Assembly: GCA_004028795.1 (NCBI GenBank)
Contig: SAIW01000006.1
Span: 613,541 to 677,540 of the forward strand
From: Chitinophagaceae bacterium
GTDB taxonomy: Bacteria; Bacteroidota; Bacteroidia; Chitinophagales; Chitinophagaceae
Length of the DNA stretch: 64,000 nucleotides
Reading direction: 5' to 3'
Positions 20,551-30,534 of the stretch are shown here, one piece after another (the stretch's first letter is position 1; the number at the start of each line of letters is the position of its first letter). The position numbers were made by a program, and so were the translations under genes. Under the pieces are notes generated by a model. The model worked only from the letters and a program-made list of their open reading frames with translations. It ran no database searches and was not told the DNA's origin.

Positions 20551-22965
20551 TTATTTTCTTATTTCAGCATTTAATTCTTTGGTAAACCCTTCCATCAATT
20601 TATTCATCATACTATCAATTTCTTTATCTGTTAATGTTTTTTCTTCGTCTAAAAAGGTAAAATTAATTGCCATCGATTTTTTTCCTGCTCCTAATTTATC
20701 GCTTTCAAATACATCAAACAATCTGGTGTTTTGTAGTTTATGTAGCTTTTGCTTTTTGATGATTGATTGAACAATATCGTAAGTTACTGCCTTATCAATT
20801 ACAATAGCCAGATCTCTTTCAACAGCGGGGAATTTAGCTACTTCTTTATACACAATTTTTTGTTTTGAAACAGTATTTAATAAAGCTTCAAAATCTATAT
20901 CAATAAATAAAACCGATTGTTTAATTCCAAAATTACTTAACTCAGTTTTTCTGATTTCTTTTAACTGTGCCAGTTCTTTTTTATTGCTTACAAGCTGTAA
21001 TGCGTTTTCATGTTGCACAAACTCAACATTGGTTATACCGCTAAGCTGTAATACAGCGACAGCAATACCTTTAGCAACATATACATCATTAGGTTGTGCT
21101 TTTTCTTTCCACTCATCTTCATGATTATTGCCCGTAATGTATAAAGCCAAATGTTCTTTTTCCGCATACTTACCTGCATTGGTAACACTATAAGTTTTAC
21201 CGAATTCAAAGAATTTAAGATTATTATTTTTACGATTAATATTATAAGCAATTGTTTCCAGACCGGTTTCTAAAATAGATGGTCTCATAACGTTCAACTC
21301 TTCGCTTAAATTATTAATCATTTTAACTGTTGTAGTCAACACCTCTTCACCATAATATTTACTGTTGGTAATTGAGTTAGTGAAGATTTCATTGAAGCCT
21401 AAACCTGTTAAATAGTTAGCAATTTTTTCTTTTAATGTTTCTTTTGCATTCAATGTTTCAACAGAAGGAGAAATAGTAATTGAAGTTGGAATATCAATAT
21501 TATCCAGACCATCAATTCTTAAAACTTCTTCAACAATATCTGCGGGTAAACTGATATCAGGTTTACTGTAAGGAACAGATACAGTTAATGCATCAATACT
21601 TTCTTTTGCCACTTCAAAACCCAATGCTGTTAATATTCTTTTTACTGCATCAGGATGATAGTTCTTTCCGCTTAATTTTTTTAAGTAATGATATTTAATA
21701 GCAACCGTTACTTTTTCTTTCGGTGCCGGATACACATCAACAACATCACTTGTCATTTTACCACCACTTACTTCTTTTATTAATAATGCTGCCCGTTTCA
21801 ATACATTAACACAATTAGAAATATCAACCCCCTTTTCAAATCTTGTTGCAGCATCTGTACGTAAACCATGTGCTACAGATGTTTTGCGAATACCTGTTGC
21901 ACTAAAGCAGGCACTTTCTAAGAAAATATTTTTAGTTGTATTGCTTACCCCACTTTTCAATCCACCAAAAACACCACCTATACACATGGGTTCTTCTTTA
22001 CCATTACAAATCATTAAATCAAATGCATTCAGTTTTCTTTCCTTTTCATCTAACGTGGTAAAGTTGGTTCCTTCAGGTAATTTCTTAACAATAATCTGAT
22101 TGTTTGTAATTGCTTCAACATCGTAAGCATGTAAGGGCTGGCCTGTTTCGTGCAAAATAAAATTGGTTACATCCACTACATTATTAATGCTTCTTACACC
22201 AATAGCTGTTAATTTATCTTTCAGCCATTGCGGAGAATCTGCAACGGTAATATTGCTAATGGTTAAGCCACTGAAACGCGGACAAGCATCCACATCTTCA
22301 ACGGTAACTTTTATGTTTAAGGAAGCTTCATCAACTTTAAAAGAATTATCAAAAGGAGGTTTCGATTTGATGTCTTTATTATTATGATGCGATAAATAAG
22401 CACATACATCTTTGGCAACACCTAAATGACTCATAGCATCCATTCTGTTGGGTGTTAAGCCGATTTCATAAATAAAGTCTGTGTATGGTTTGAAATACGC
22501 TGATGCCGGCGAACCAACCACCACATCATTCGGTAAAATCATAATACCGGCGTGATTGGTGCTTAAACCAATTTCATCTTCGGCACAAATCATTCCGTAA
22601 CTTTCTACGCCACGAATCTTGGCAACCTTCATTGTTAAAGGCTCGCCCGTTGAAGGGTAAATGGTTGTTCCAACCGTTGCTACCACTACTTTTTGTCCGG
22701 CTGCCACATTGGGAGCACCGCATACAATCTGCAACGGTTCGGCAGCACCGATATTTACTTTGGTTTGTTTTAATTTATCTGCGTTGGGGTGTTGTTCACA
22801 TGCCAATACTTCACCAATAACCAATCCTTCTAAACCGCCTTTAATACTTTCAAATTTTTCAAGGCTTTCCACTTCCAAACCAATTGAAGTTAAAATCTTT
22901 GAAAGCCTTTCGGGTTCAATAGTTTCAGGTAAATAATTGTGCAGCCAGTTGTAACTTATCGTCAT
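20551..22965 (-). CDS. pheT: Phenylalanine--tRNA ligase beta subunit
   Basis: N-terminal MTISYNWLHNYLP; 804 aa; tRNA-binding, B3/B4, B5 and FDX-ACB regions recognisable. Confidence 0.9.
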   Translation of the reverse strand: MTISYNWLHNYLPETIEPERLSKILTSIGLEVESLEKFESIKGGLEGLVIGEVLACEQHPNADKLKQTKVNIGAAEPLQIVCGAPNVAAGQKVVVATVGTTIYPSTGEPLTMKVAKIRGVESYGMICAEDEIGLSTNHAGIMILPNDVVVGSPASAYFKPYTDFIYEIGLTPNRMDAMSHLGVAKDVCAYLSHHNNKDIKSKPPFDNSFKVDEASLNIKVTVEDVDACPRFSGLTISNITVADSPQWLKDKLTAIGVRSINNVVDVTNFILHETGQPLHAYDVEAITNNQIIVKKLPEGTNFTTLDEKERKLNAFDLMICNGKEEPMCIGGVFGGLKSGVSNTTKNIFLESACFSATGIRKTSVAHGLRTDAATRFEKGVDISNCVNVLKRAALLIKEVSGGKMTSDVVDVYPAPKEKVTVAIKYHYLKKLSGKNYHPDAVKRILTALGFEVAKESIDALTVSVPYSKPDISLPADIVEEVLRIDGLDNIDIPTSITISPSVETLNAKETLKEKIANYLTGLGFNEIFTNSITNSKYYGEEVLTTTVKMINNLSEELNVMRPSILETGLETIAYNINRKNNNLKFFEFGKTYSVTNAGKYAEKEHLALYITGNNHEDEWKEKAQPNDVYVAKGIAVAVLQLSGITNVEFVQHENALQLVSNKKELAQLKEIRKTELSNFGIKQSVLFIDIDFEALLNTVSKQKIVYKEVAKFPAVERDLAIVIDKAVTYDIVQSIIKKQKLHKLQNTRLFDVFESDKLGAGKKSMAINFTFLDEEKTLTDKEIDSMMNKLMEGFTKELNAEIRK

Positions 22966-23455
22966 TTAAAAATTGCTTATTAGCCGCAAATATAATTGAT
23001 TGAATTTTTAAGCTTTTTAATGTTGGTTATCATTGCCACAAATGCACTGATAAATCTCGATTATTCATATTGATACATGTATGGCAACACTTAGAAATTG
23101 AGATTTTAATAAATAATTCATCAATGCATTCCTGCAAAACATTAAAATTTTACCCAATGCAGTTACACAATAAACGTTTTGATAGTTAGGTTTTGCAAAA
23201 AAATCTTTCTGCACATAAAATGTGTATTTGTTTGTGGAAAGCAGCGTATAACTTTTGTAAATTGTGAAGAAGCTAATAATTTCTGTTAGTATACTATAAA
23301 TACCTGTTGATAGTTTTGTGAAATGATGTGGAAGAAAATTGAAAGAAAAAAATTTTTAAGTGCTGAATTTCTACCCCATATTCGTTTCCCTTTCTTTCTA
23401 AGTAACAATTTCTTAATAAAGGGCTGTTGCTTTTAAAGAAGGTAAGTGAAAACAA

Positions 23456-25045
23456 TTGCTAACCCCGTGTTCAACCAGAATAATGGAAATAACTAATTTA
23501 AATAGAGATAAAAAAAGAAGAAAAAGCAGTATTGATGTAAGCACTTTGGTTTATGGAAAAATACCACCGCAGGCAAAGGAATTGGAAGAAGCAGTATTGG
23601 GTGCAGTAATGCTTGAAAAAAGTGCATTTGACAGTTTAATTGATACCAACTTAAAACCGGAATGCTTTTATGTAGAAGCTCATCAATTGATATTTAAAGC
23701 CATGCAGGACATGCAGCAGCGTGGCATTCCCATTGATATTTTAACGGTTGTTGAAGAATTAAAGCGAAAGGAACAATTGGATGTTGTTGGTGGCCCTTAC
23801 TATGTAACAAAACTTACCAACACCGTTGTAAGTACCGCACATATTGATGCTCATGCAAGAATTATATTACAAAAATTTATTCAGCGTGAACTGATAAGAA
23901 TCAGCGGAGAAATTATAGGTGATGCTTATGAAGACAGTACCGATGTTTTTGATTTGTTAGATGACAGTGAAACAAAAATGTTCAACATTACCAATAACTA
24001 CTTAAAGAAAAACTTTGAAGACATTGGTAACGTATTAGCAAAAACAATCAATCGTATTGATGAATTAAGAACGAAAGAAGAAGACATAAGCGGTGTACCC
24101 AGTGGTTTTACAAGCTTAGACAGAATTACGTACGGATGGCAACCAACCGATTTAATTATTCTGGCAGCAAGACCATCTGTAGGTAAAACAGCCTTTGCAT
24201 TAAACCTTGCACGTAATGCAGCATTAAACCCTGTAAAGCCTACCGGCGTTGGTTTCTTTAGCTTAGAAATGAGTGCCAGCCAATTAGTACAACGTATTTT
24301 AAGTGCAGAAAGTGAAATATTATTAGAAAAAATTTCGAGGGGGAAATTAGAAGAACACGAATACCAGCAATTACATGCTAAAGGTATTAAGCGTTTAGAA
24401 ACTGCTCCTTTATATATTGATGATACTGCAGCTTTAAACATTTTTGAGTTCAGAGCCAAAGCAAGAAGGTTAGTTAATAAACACAATGTTGGCTTGATAA
24501 TTATAGACTATTTACAATTAATGAGTGGCAGCGGAGATAGAAACAGCAACCGTGAGCAGGAAATAAGTAATATATCAAGAAACCTGAAAGCATTGGCAAA
24601 AGAGTTGAGCATTCCGATTATAGCTCTATCTCAATTAAGCCGTGCCGTTGAAACACGTAAAGAAAGCAAGATGCCTCAGTTGAGTGATTTACGTGAATCC
24701 GGTGCTATTGAACAGGATGCAGACATGGTAATGTTTATTTATCGCCCTGAGTATTATGAAATAGGTGCTAATGAAATGGGTGAAAGTACAAAAGGTGAAA
24801 CACATATTCGTATTGCCAAACACAGAAACGGTAGTTTAGATACTATTAAACTGAGAGCTCAACTACAAATTCAAAGATTTGAAGATGATGGTGATAGCAA
24901 CATCAGCGGTTTAATGGGTGGCGGTAATTGGAAGCCTGTTGGCCCTGCACCAATGCCCGGCAATGAAGGCGGAAGGTTTTTTGTTCAAGGCAGTAAAATG
25001 AATGGCGGCGATTTTGATGAAGGCTTTAATGAACAACCGTTTTAA
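23456..25045 (+). CDS. dnaB: Replicative DNA helicase DnaB
   Basis: DnaB N-terminal domain, Walker A GARPSVGKTAFALN, Walker B IIIDYLQLM. Start probably at the internal ATG 23483. Confidence 0.9.
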   Translation: MLTPCSTRIMEITNLNRDKKRRKSSIDVSTLVYGKIPPQAKELEEAVLGAVMLEKSAFDSLIDTNLKPECFYVEAHQLIFKAMQDMQQRGIPIDILTVVEELKRKEQLDVVGGPYYVTKLTNTVVSTAHIDAHARIILQKFIQRELIRISGEIIGDAYEDSTDVFDLLDDSETKMFNITNNYLKKNFEDIGNVLAKTINRIDELRTKEEDISGVPSGFTSLDRITYGWQPTDLIILAARPSVGKTAFALNLARNAALNPVKPTGVGFFSLEMSASQLVQRILSAESEILLEKISRGKLEEHEYQQLHAKGIKRLETAPLYIDDTAALNIFEFRAKARRLVNKHNVGLIIIDYLQLMSGSGDRNSNREQEISNISRNLKALAKELSIPIIALSQLSRAVETRKESKMPQLSDLRESGAIEQDADMVMFIYRPEYYEIGANEMGESTKGETHIRIAKHRNGSLDTIKLRAQLQIQRFEDDGDSNISGLMGGGNWKPVGPAPMPGNEGGRFFVQGSKMNGGDFDEGFNEQPF

Positions 25046-25072
25046 TACACCGCCAATCATCATCAATTAATT

Positions 25073-25771
25073 TTACTTCTTAGTCTTTAAAAAGTAAGCA
25101 ACTGTAAAACTAAAAACAGAGTTTACTATATCGGTAGAACCCGATGTAAATACTTTACTGCTTCCTTTACTATAAGTAGCTTTTAATTGAAATTTTTTCC
25201 ATTCAGTACCAAGAAAAAAGTTATAACCAAAGTCAACAGGTTTAACAGTTGTGGTATTGGTGGCTGTTGAACCTGTATTGGTAAAACTTACTTTGTTATC
25301 AACAGGGCTTACTGTTCCGCTAGTGGATTCATAAGAACCCTTGTCCGTTCCTTTTAAACCGGCTGCCAGATAAAAACCGGTACCGGCAAAGAGTTGTACG
25401 CCTTTCGTTCCTACATTAAACTGATATTTTAAATTGGCAGGTAATTGCAAATACTAAAGCTTGGTAGTTGTTGTAGAACCGCTTAATGCAAAATCTGTTG
25501 TGGCCCGGTAAGCACCTTTTTCAATGCCATACAATCCTGTTTGAAAAATAACATGCTTACTCAAATTCATATCACTTACAAAACCTAACTGAGCTGTATT
25601 GATACTTGAAATATTTATGTAATTGTTATTGCTCTCATCAATAAAAGTTGAAAGGTTATAACCACCTTCAATACCTAATTTTATCTGTGCGTTTGTACTG
25701 TTAGAAATAATTGTAAATGAGCATACTAAAATGAATACTTTGAAAATAGCGTTTGCGTTGTTGTAGTTCAT
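25073..25771 (-). pseudogene. Outer-membrane beta-barrel protein interrupted by a single in-frame amber codon
   Basis: ORFs 25454..25771 (signal peptide plus barrel N-half) and 25073..25450 share one frame, separated only by TAG (plus-strand CTA at 25454-25456) and one Tyr codon. Confidence 0.6.
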
Positions 25772-25960
25772 AATAAATTTGATTTTCAGTTAATGCTGCA
25801 AAAGACATTAGTATTGAATGAAACAATGCTATAAAACCGTTAAAACAAGTTGTACTGAACTATAAAATCGGTTAATGATTCTTTTTTAAGGATTGATAAA
25901 ACAATAACAACGCAGCAGTGGTATTTTATTTCATTTCAATAAATTAATAACTTCGAAAAA

Positions 25961-26212
25961 ATGTTTGTTATGAGTATTGCTGAATTAAAACAAAGCCTGC
26001 ATAATAAAATTGATGCTATTAATGATGAAATTTTATTGGAAGAAGTGAATAAAGCTATTGAAGAATTACATTATGATAATAATGAACTTGAACCTAATCC
26101 TGAGGTGATAAATATTTTAAGAGAAAGAAGACAGCAGTTTATACAAAATCCTGAAAACAGGTTAAGTTTAAATGCGTTTCAACAAAAAATAAAAGCTAAA
26201 TATGGCGTTTAA
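25961..26212 (+). CDS. Type II antitoxin (putative addiction-module component)
   Basis: 83-aa acidic helical protein that overlaps the downstream toxin by 11 nt. Confidence 0.6.
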   Translation: MFVMSIAELKQSLHNKIDAINDEILLEEVNKAIEELHYDNNELEPNPEVINILRERRQQFIQNPENRLSLNAFQQKIKAKYGV

Positions 26213-26516
26213 AATTGAACTTCATTTTAGTGTATATGATGATGTAAGCAACATTGCAGATTGGTACGAACAAAGACAAGCATTTTTAAGTAACCGCTTT
26301 TTAAATGAATTAAATTTATTCTTCGCTAAAATTGAAACTCATCCTTACTCTTTTCATTATTATATGGATAATATCCGAATTGCAGTCTTGAAAACATTTC
26401 CATATTGCATTATGTATGAAATTATTGAAAGTGAAAATCTAATTGCCATTTTAGCGGTAATACACTCTAAAAGAAGTCCGTACTTTATTTTAAAAACTAT
26501 TGAACAACGAGTTTAA
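26202..26516 (+). CDS. ParE/RelE-superfamily toxin
   Basis: 104 aa with the C-terminal ...LIAILAVIHSKRSP pattern typical of plasmid-stabilisation (ParE-like) toxins. Confidence 0.65.
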   Translation: MAFKIELHFSVYDDVSNIADWYEQRQAFLSNRFLNELNLFFAKIETHPYSFHYYMDNIRIAVLKTFPYCIMYEIIESENLIAILAVIHSKRSPYFILKTIEQRV

Positions 26517-26518
26517 CA

Positions 26519-27217
26519 ATGCAGCTACCTTATTTCTACGAACCTACCATTACTTATTCTTCTTTATTTACATTAAGTGAAGAAACAAGTAAACATTGTA
26601 TTCAGGTTTTAAGAATGAAGGAAGGAGAATTCATCAACTTAACGGATGGCAAAGGCAATTTATTTACCGCAGCTATTAAACAGGCAGATAAAAAAAACTC
26701 AGTTGTCAGTATTCAATCCAATCAATACAGCCCAATGCCGGAAAGGGTTATATCGTTAGCAGTTTCATTGGTTAAAAACACTGCAAGGTTTGAATGGCTG
26801 TTGGAAAAAGCAACTGAAATTGGTGTGAGTGAAATTATTCCATTGCTCTGTAAAAGAACGGAACGGCAACATTTTCGTTTTGACAGAATGAACAGTATTA
26901 TAATATCAGCCATGTTACAAAGCAGACAAACATGGCTACCTATTTTACATGAGCCAATTGCTATTCAACAAATAATTCAATCATCTTCTTACCAACAAAA
27001 ATTAATTGCACATTGTACTGAAGATGATAAAACAAGCATTACACAATTATCACTTGCTGATAACATTCAAATATTGATTGGACCCGAAGGAGATTTTACT
27101 GAAGAAGAAATTCAATTAGCTAAACAACATCATTATCTTCCTGTAACTTTAGGTAATACCAGATTAAGAACTGAAACAGCAGGCATGGTTGCTGCAACAC
27201 TGCTTATGAACTGCTGA
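26519..27217 (+). CDS. rsmE: 16S rRNA (uracil1498-N3)-methyltransferase RsmE
   Basis: PUA-like N-terminus and SPOUT C-terminus (IGPEGDFTEEEI...TLGNTRLRTETAG). Confidence 0.85.
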   Translation: MQLPYFYEPTITYSSLFTLSEETSKHCIQVLRMKEGEFINLTDGKGNLFTAAIKQADKKNSVVSIQSNQYSPMPERVISLAVSLVKNTARFEWLLEKATEIGVSEIIPLLCKRTERQHFRFDRMNSIIISAMLQSRQTWLPILHEPIAIQQIIQSSSYQQKLIAHCTEDDKTSITQLSLADNIQILIGPEGDFTEEEIQLAKQHHYLPVTLGNTRLRTETAGMVAATLLMNC

Positions 27218-27220
27218 AAT

Positions 27221-28846
27221 ATGTGTTCACCAAAATATTCTTACATGAAAAGAATTTTCTACTTAGTCCTTACAGTAACAATTATTGCCATTGCCTGCAA
27301 AAATTTTAAGAGCAGAAAAAATATTGATAGAGATACTACCATTAACAACACTACCTCTTTCAACAATTTATTTTTAGACAGTATGGAAGTTGAAAAATTT
27401 TTGGCTGAACATGAAAATTTTAAACCTTACGAAAACCAATACCTTGACTTTTATAAGCAACGTAATTATGAATATGCATGGTTTGATACAAGCGGTATAG
27501 CAGAACAATCTCATAATTTTTTAAACTTGTTAGATAATACCATCAATACTTTACAGGATAGCAGTTTGTATAACGAGCAGCTTATTAAAACTTATAACAA
27601 AATAGCAGAGACAGATAAAAAATCAATTTCAAAAAAAGAAATAGAGCAAGCAGAACTAAGTTTAACAGGTCAGTTCTTTGCTTATGCAGCAAAGGTTTAC
27701 AAAGGCAGTGATATTGATGCAAGTGAATTGGGTTGGTTTATTCCCAGAAAAAAAGTTGACTTAACTGCATTATTAGATTCGGCTTTAAAAACAAAAGCGA
27801 AAGAAACTGAAATATATGCTCCGTTAAATGCACAATACAATCAACTACAACAATACCTTACTAAATATTTTGAGTTAGATAAAATTATAGCAGATACTAT
27901 CCCAAGGCTTGCAAAGCCTTTAAAGAAGGGTGTTCACACAGATTCTTTAATTCCCGTTAAAGAAAGATTATTTGTGTTGGGAGATTTAGCAATGAAAGAC
28001 ACAACCAATTTTTTTGATTCTTCCTTATTCGCAGCGGTAAAAAAATTTCAGAGAAGAACGGGCTTAACTGTTGATGGAAGCATTGGTAATAAAATGATTG
28101 AAGAACTGAATATTCCTGTTAAACAACGTATAAGCCAGATATTGATTAATATGGAACGGATGCGTTGGTTGCCTGCTGAAAAAGACACTAACTATATTGT
28201 TGTAAATATTCCTGAATATAAAATGCATGTGTACGATAGCGGCAAATTACAATATGATATGAATGTTATTGTGGGTAAAGAAACCAACAGCACGGTAATA
28301 TTTACAGGCAATTTAAAATACATTGTATTCAGTCCTTTCTGGAATGTACCACCGAGTATCGTAGAAAAAGAAGTGGTTCCCGGTATTAAGAAAGATGCAA
28401 ACTATTTAGCAAAAAACAATATGGAGATAACAGGCAAAAGCAATGGTTTACCTGTTGTGCGTCAAAAACCCGGACCGAATAATTCACTCGGCTTGGTAAA
28501 ATTTTTATTTCCCAACAGTTATGATATTTATTTTCATGATACACCCAATCATGATTTATTTTCTGCTACCAACAGAAGTTTCAGCCACGGTTGCATAAGA
28601 TTATCAGAGCCGAAAAAATTTGCTCAATATTTATTAAGAAGAGATACGGCAACAGTTTGGAAAGAAAAAGTTATTGATAGCTGCATGCATTTACCAAAAG
28701 AAAAATGGGTAACACTTGATAAAACTATTCCTGTATCATTAGTGTATTTTACTGCATGGGTAGATAAGAACGGGCTATTAAATTTTAGAAAAGATATTTA
28801 CGGCCACGATGCTAAAATGAGCGAGAAATTATTTGTGAAGAAGTAA
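27221..28846 (+). CDS. L,D-transpeptidase (YkuD domain) with PG_binding_1 domain
   Basis: Peptidoglycan-binding motif FQRRTGLTVDGSIG; catalytic HDTPNHDLF...SHGCIRL. Confidence 0.85.
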   Translation: MCSPKYSYMKRIFYLVLTVTIIAIACKNFKSRKNIDRDTTINNTTSFNNLFLDSMEVEKFLAEHENFKPYENQYLDFYKQRNYEYAWFDTSGIAEQSHNFLNLLDNTINTLQDSSLYNEQLIKTYNKIAETDKKSISKKEIEQAELSLTGQFFAYAAKVYKGSDIDASELGWFIPRKKVDLTALLDSALKTKAKETEIYAPLNAQYNQLQQYLTKYFELDKIIADTIPRLAKPLKKGVHTDSLIPVKERLFVLGDLAMKDTTNFFDSSLFAAVKKFQRRTGLTVDGSIGNKMIEELNIPVKQRISQILINMERMRWLPAEKDTNYIVVNIPEYKMHVYDSGKLQYDMNVIVGKETNSTVIFTGNLKYIVFSPFWNVPPSIVEKEVVPGIKKDANYLAKNNMEITGKSNGLPVVRQKPGPNNSLGLVKFLFPNSYDIYFHDTPNHDLFSATNRSFSHGCIRLSEPKKFAQYLLRRDTATVWKEKVIDSCMHLPKEKWVTLDKTIPVSLVYFTAWVDKNGLLNFRKDIYGHDAKMSEKLFVKK

Positions 28847-28850
28847 AAAA

Positions 28851-28890
28851 ATACAGTCATTACTACTTATGATAGCAGTAATGACTGTAT
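28851..28890. terminator. Bidirectional terminator, perfect 14-bp stem
   Basis: ATACAGTCATTACT / AGTAATGACTGTAT around a 12-nt loop, between convergent genes, A/T-flanked. Confidence 0.75.
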
Positions 28891-28895
28891 AATAA

Positions 28896-30359
28896 TTACT
28901 CACCAACTATTTCATTACGTTTTCTGTTATATTGTTTAGAGCTGTCACCACACATCTTCACAATCTTTGGTGTAAACTTTCCCACAATATCAACCAATGA
29001 AGTTTGGCTCTGCATAACAGCATTAATGTCTTTATATGCAAAAGGAGCTTCATCTAAACCACCGCCTAATAATTTCACTCCATGTTTATTCAATTCATCG
29101 TGCAATGCTTTATGGGTAATATTATTTAATGCTTGTGTTCTGCTCATCTTTCTTCCTGCACCATGACTTGCAGAATTTACAGATGCAGCTTCACCTTTAC
29201 CTTTTACAATAAAACCATCTGCAGTCATGCTTCCCGGAATAATACCCAATACATTTTTACCTGCAGGTGTAGCACCTTTTCTGTGTACAATTACTTCTTC
29301 ACCATTACATCCTTCGACTCCGCTCAGGACTTCTTTCCAGGCAAAATTGTGATGGTTTTCTACCATCTTTATTGGCTTTCTTCCTAATTGTTTTGCAATT
29401 TTTGCATGAATAATATGGTGACAGGCACTTGCATAATCGCCGGCTAAATTCATTGCTAACCAATATTCTTGTCCTTCAGTTTCATTCAAATCTAACCACG
29501 CTAAATTTTTTGCTTCCTGTGGTAATCTTCTTTTATTGATAGCAATTTTGGTATAATGATTCGCAATGTTGGCACCCAATGCCCTGCTTCCTGAGTGGCT
29601 TAATAAACCAACATATAAGCCTGGTTCAATTCCTAACACTTCATCTTTTTCGGTAATGGTTACAGCACCAAATTCAACAAAGTGATTACCACTGCCACTT
29701 GTACCCAATTGCTTCCAGGCTCTGCTTTGTAACCCTTGCAATAAAGGTATTTCGAAGAATAAAGGGTTATCCATTACTGCATGATCTGCTGCCTGTTTAA
29801 ACATGGCACCGCTGCCAAACAAAGTAGCTTCATTAATTTCTCTTGCAAAAAATTGTTCTCTGTTAGTTAATTCTTTTGCATCAATATCAAATACACTTAA
29901 ACACATTCTGCAACCAATATCTACACCAACGCCATAAGGTATTACAGCATTCTTTGTTGCCAATACACCACCTATCGGTAAGCCATAACCATGATGTGCA
30001 TCGGGCATTAAAGCACCGGCTACACTAACAGGTAACTTAGCTGCGGTGTTCATTTGATGAAATGCACCTTGCTCAATATGCTCTGCACCAAAAGTGTTGA
30101 ATGGAATGCCTGTATCTTTCAAAGAAATCTCAGGTTCATTTACATCTTCTTTTGGTAATAATTTTTCTGCTATCATTCCTAATATTGCATCATGCTTATA
30201 TTCTATGGGAGATGCCAATACCGCTTTAAAAATTTCCATTACTTCCTCCTTTGTATTGTGTTTATAATGCTTCTCTGCAACACTCATTGTTACAGGTATA
30301 ACAGGGCTTTCAGGAAAACCAATTGCCCTTAATTCTTTTGCTGTTATTTTTTGTTTCAT
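28896..30359 (-). CDS. rtcB: RNA-splicing ligase RtcB
   Basis: RtcB active-site motifs (GNHF, HGAGR), 487 aa. Confidence 0.9.
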   Translation of the reverse strand: MKQKITAKELRAIGFPESPVIPVTMSVAEKHYKHNTKEEVMEIFKAVLASPIEYKHDAILGMIAEKLLPKEDVNEPEISLKDTGIPFNTFGAEHIEQGAFHQMNTAAKLPVSVAGALMPDAHHGYGLPIGGVLATKNAVIPYGVGVDIGCRMCLSVFDIDAKELTNREQFFAREINEATLFGSGAMFKQAADHAVMDNPLFFEIPLLQGLQSRAWKQLGTSGSGNHFVEFGAVTITEKDEVLGIEPGLYVGLLSHSGSRALGANIANHYTKIAINKRRLPQEAKNLAWLDLNETEGQEYWLAMNLAGDYASACHHIIHAKIAKQLGRKPIKMVENHHNFAWKEVLSGVEGCNGEEVIVHRKGATPAGKNVLGIIPGSMTADGFIVKGKGEAASVNSASHGAGRKMSRTQALNNITHKALHDELNKHGVKLLGGGLDEAPFAYKDINAVMQSQTSLVDIVGKFTPKIVKMCGDSSKQYNRKRNEIVGE

Positions 30360-30374
30360 TTTTTTAATTTTTTA

Positions 30375-30460
30375 CCCAATAGGCACAAAGGTTTTCACTA
30401 AGTACACCATACTTTGTGCACCTTGTGTTGCTTAACCTTGTGAACTTTGTGGTTTTATTT
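30375..30460. promoter_or_regulatory. CACAAAG/CTTTGTG array element, copy A, 5' of rtcB
   Basis: AGGCACAAAGGTTTTCAC...ACTTTGTGCACCTTGTG...CCTTGTGAACTTTGTGG; about 75 percent identical to the element at 44225-44300. Confidence 0.6.
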
Positions 30461-30495
30461 TTTGTTACCGGCAACTGAATAACTATTAAGCTACA

Positions 30496-30509
30496 GTTGC
30501 GTCGCACAC
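30496..30509 (-). repeat. Copy b of dispersed intergenic repeat (minus orientation)
   Basis: Plus strand reads GTTGCGTCGCACAC; extended match about 30 nt. Confidence 0.8.
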
Positions 30510-30534
30510 TTGTACTGTTGTACACTAATGATAA

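Noticed and set aside
30375-30460. A sigma-54 promoter within the CACAAAG element (GGCAC-N5-TTTCA)
   Set aside because: The GGCAC-N5-TTTTCA match is on the plus strand and points away from rtcB and the radical-SAM gene, both on the minus strand. It therefore cannot drive them, and it is probably just a consequence of the repeat unit.
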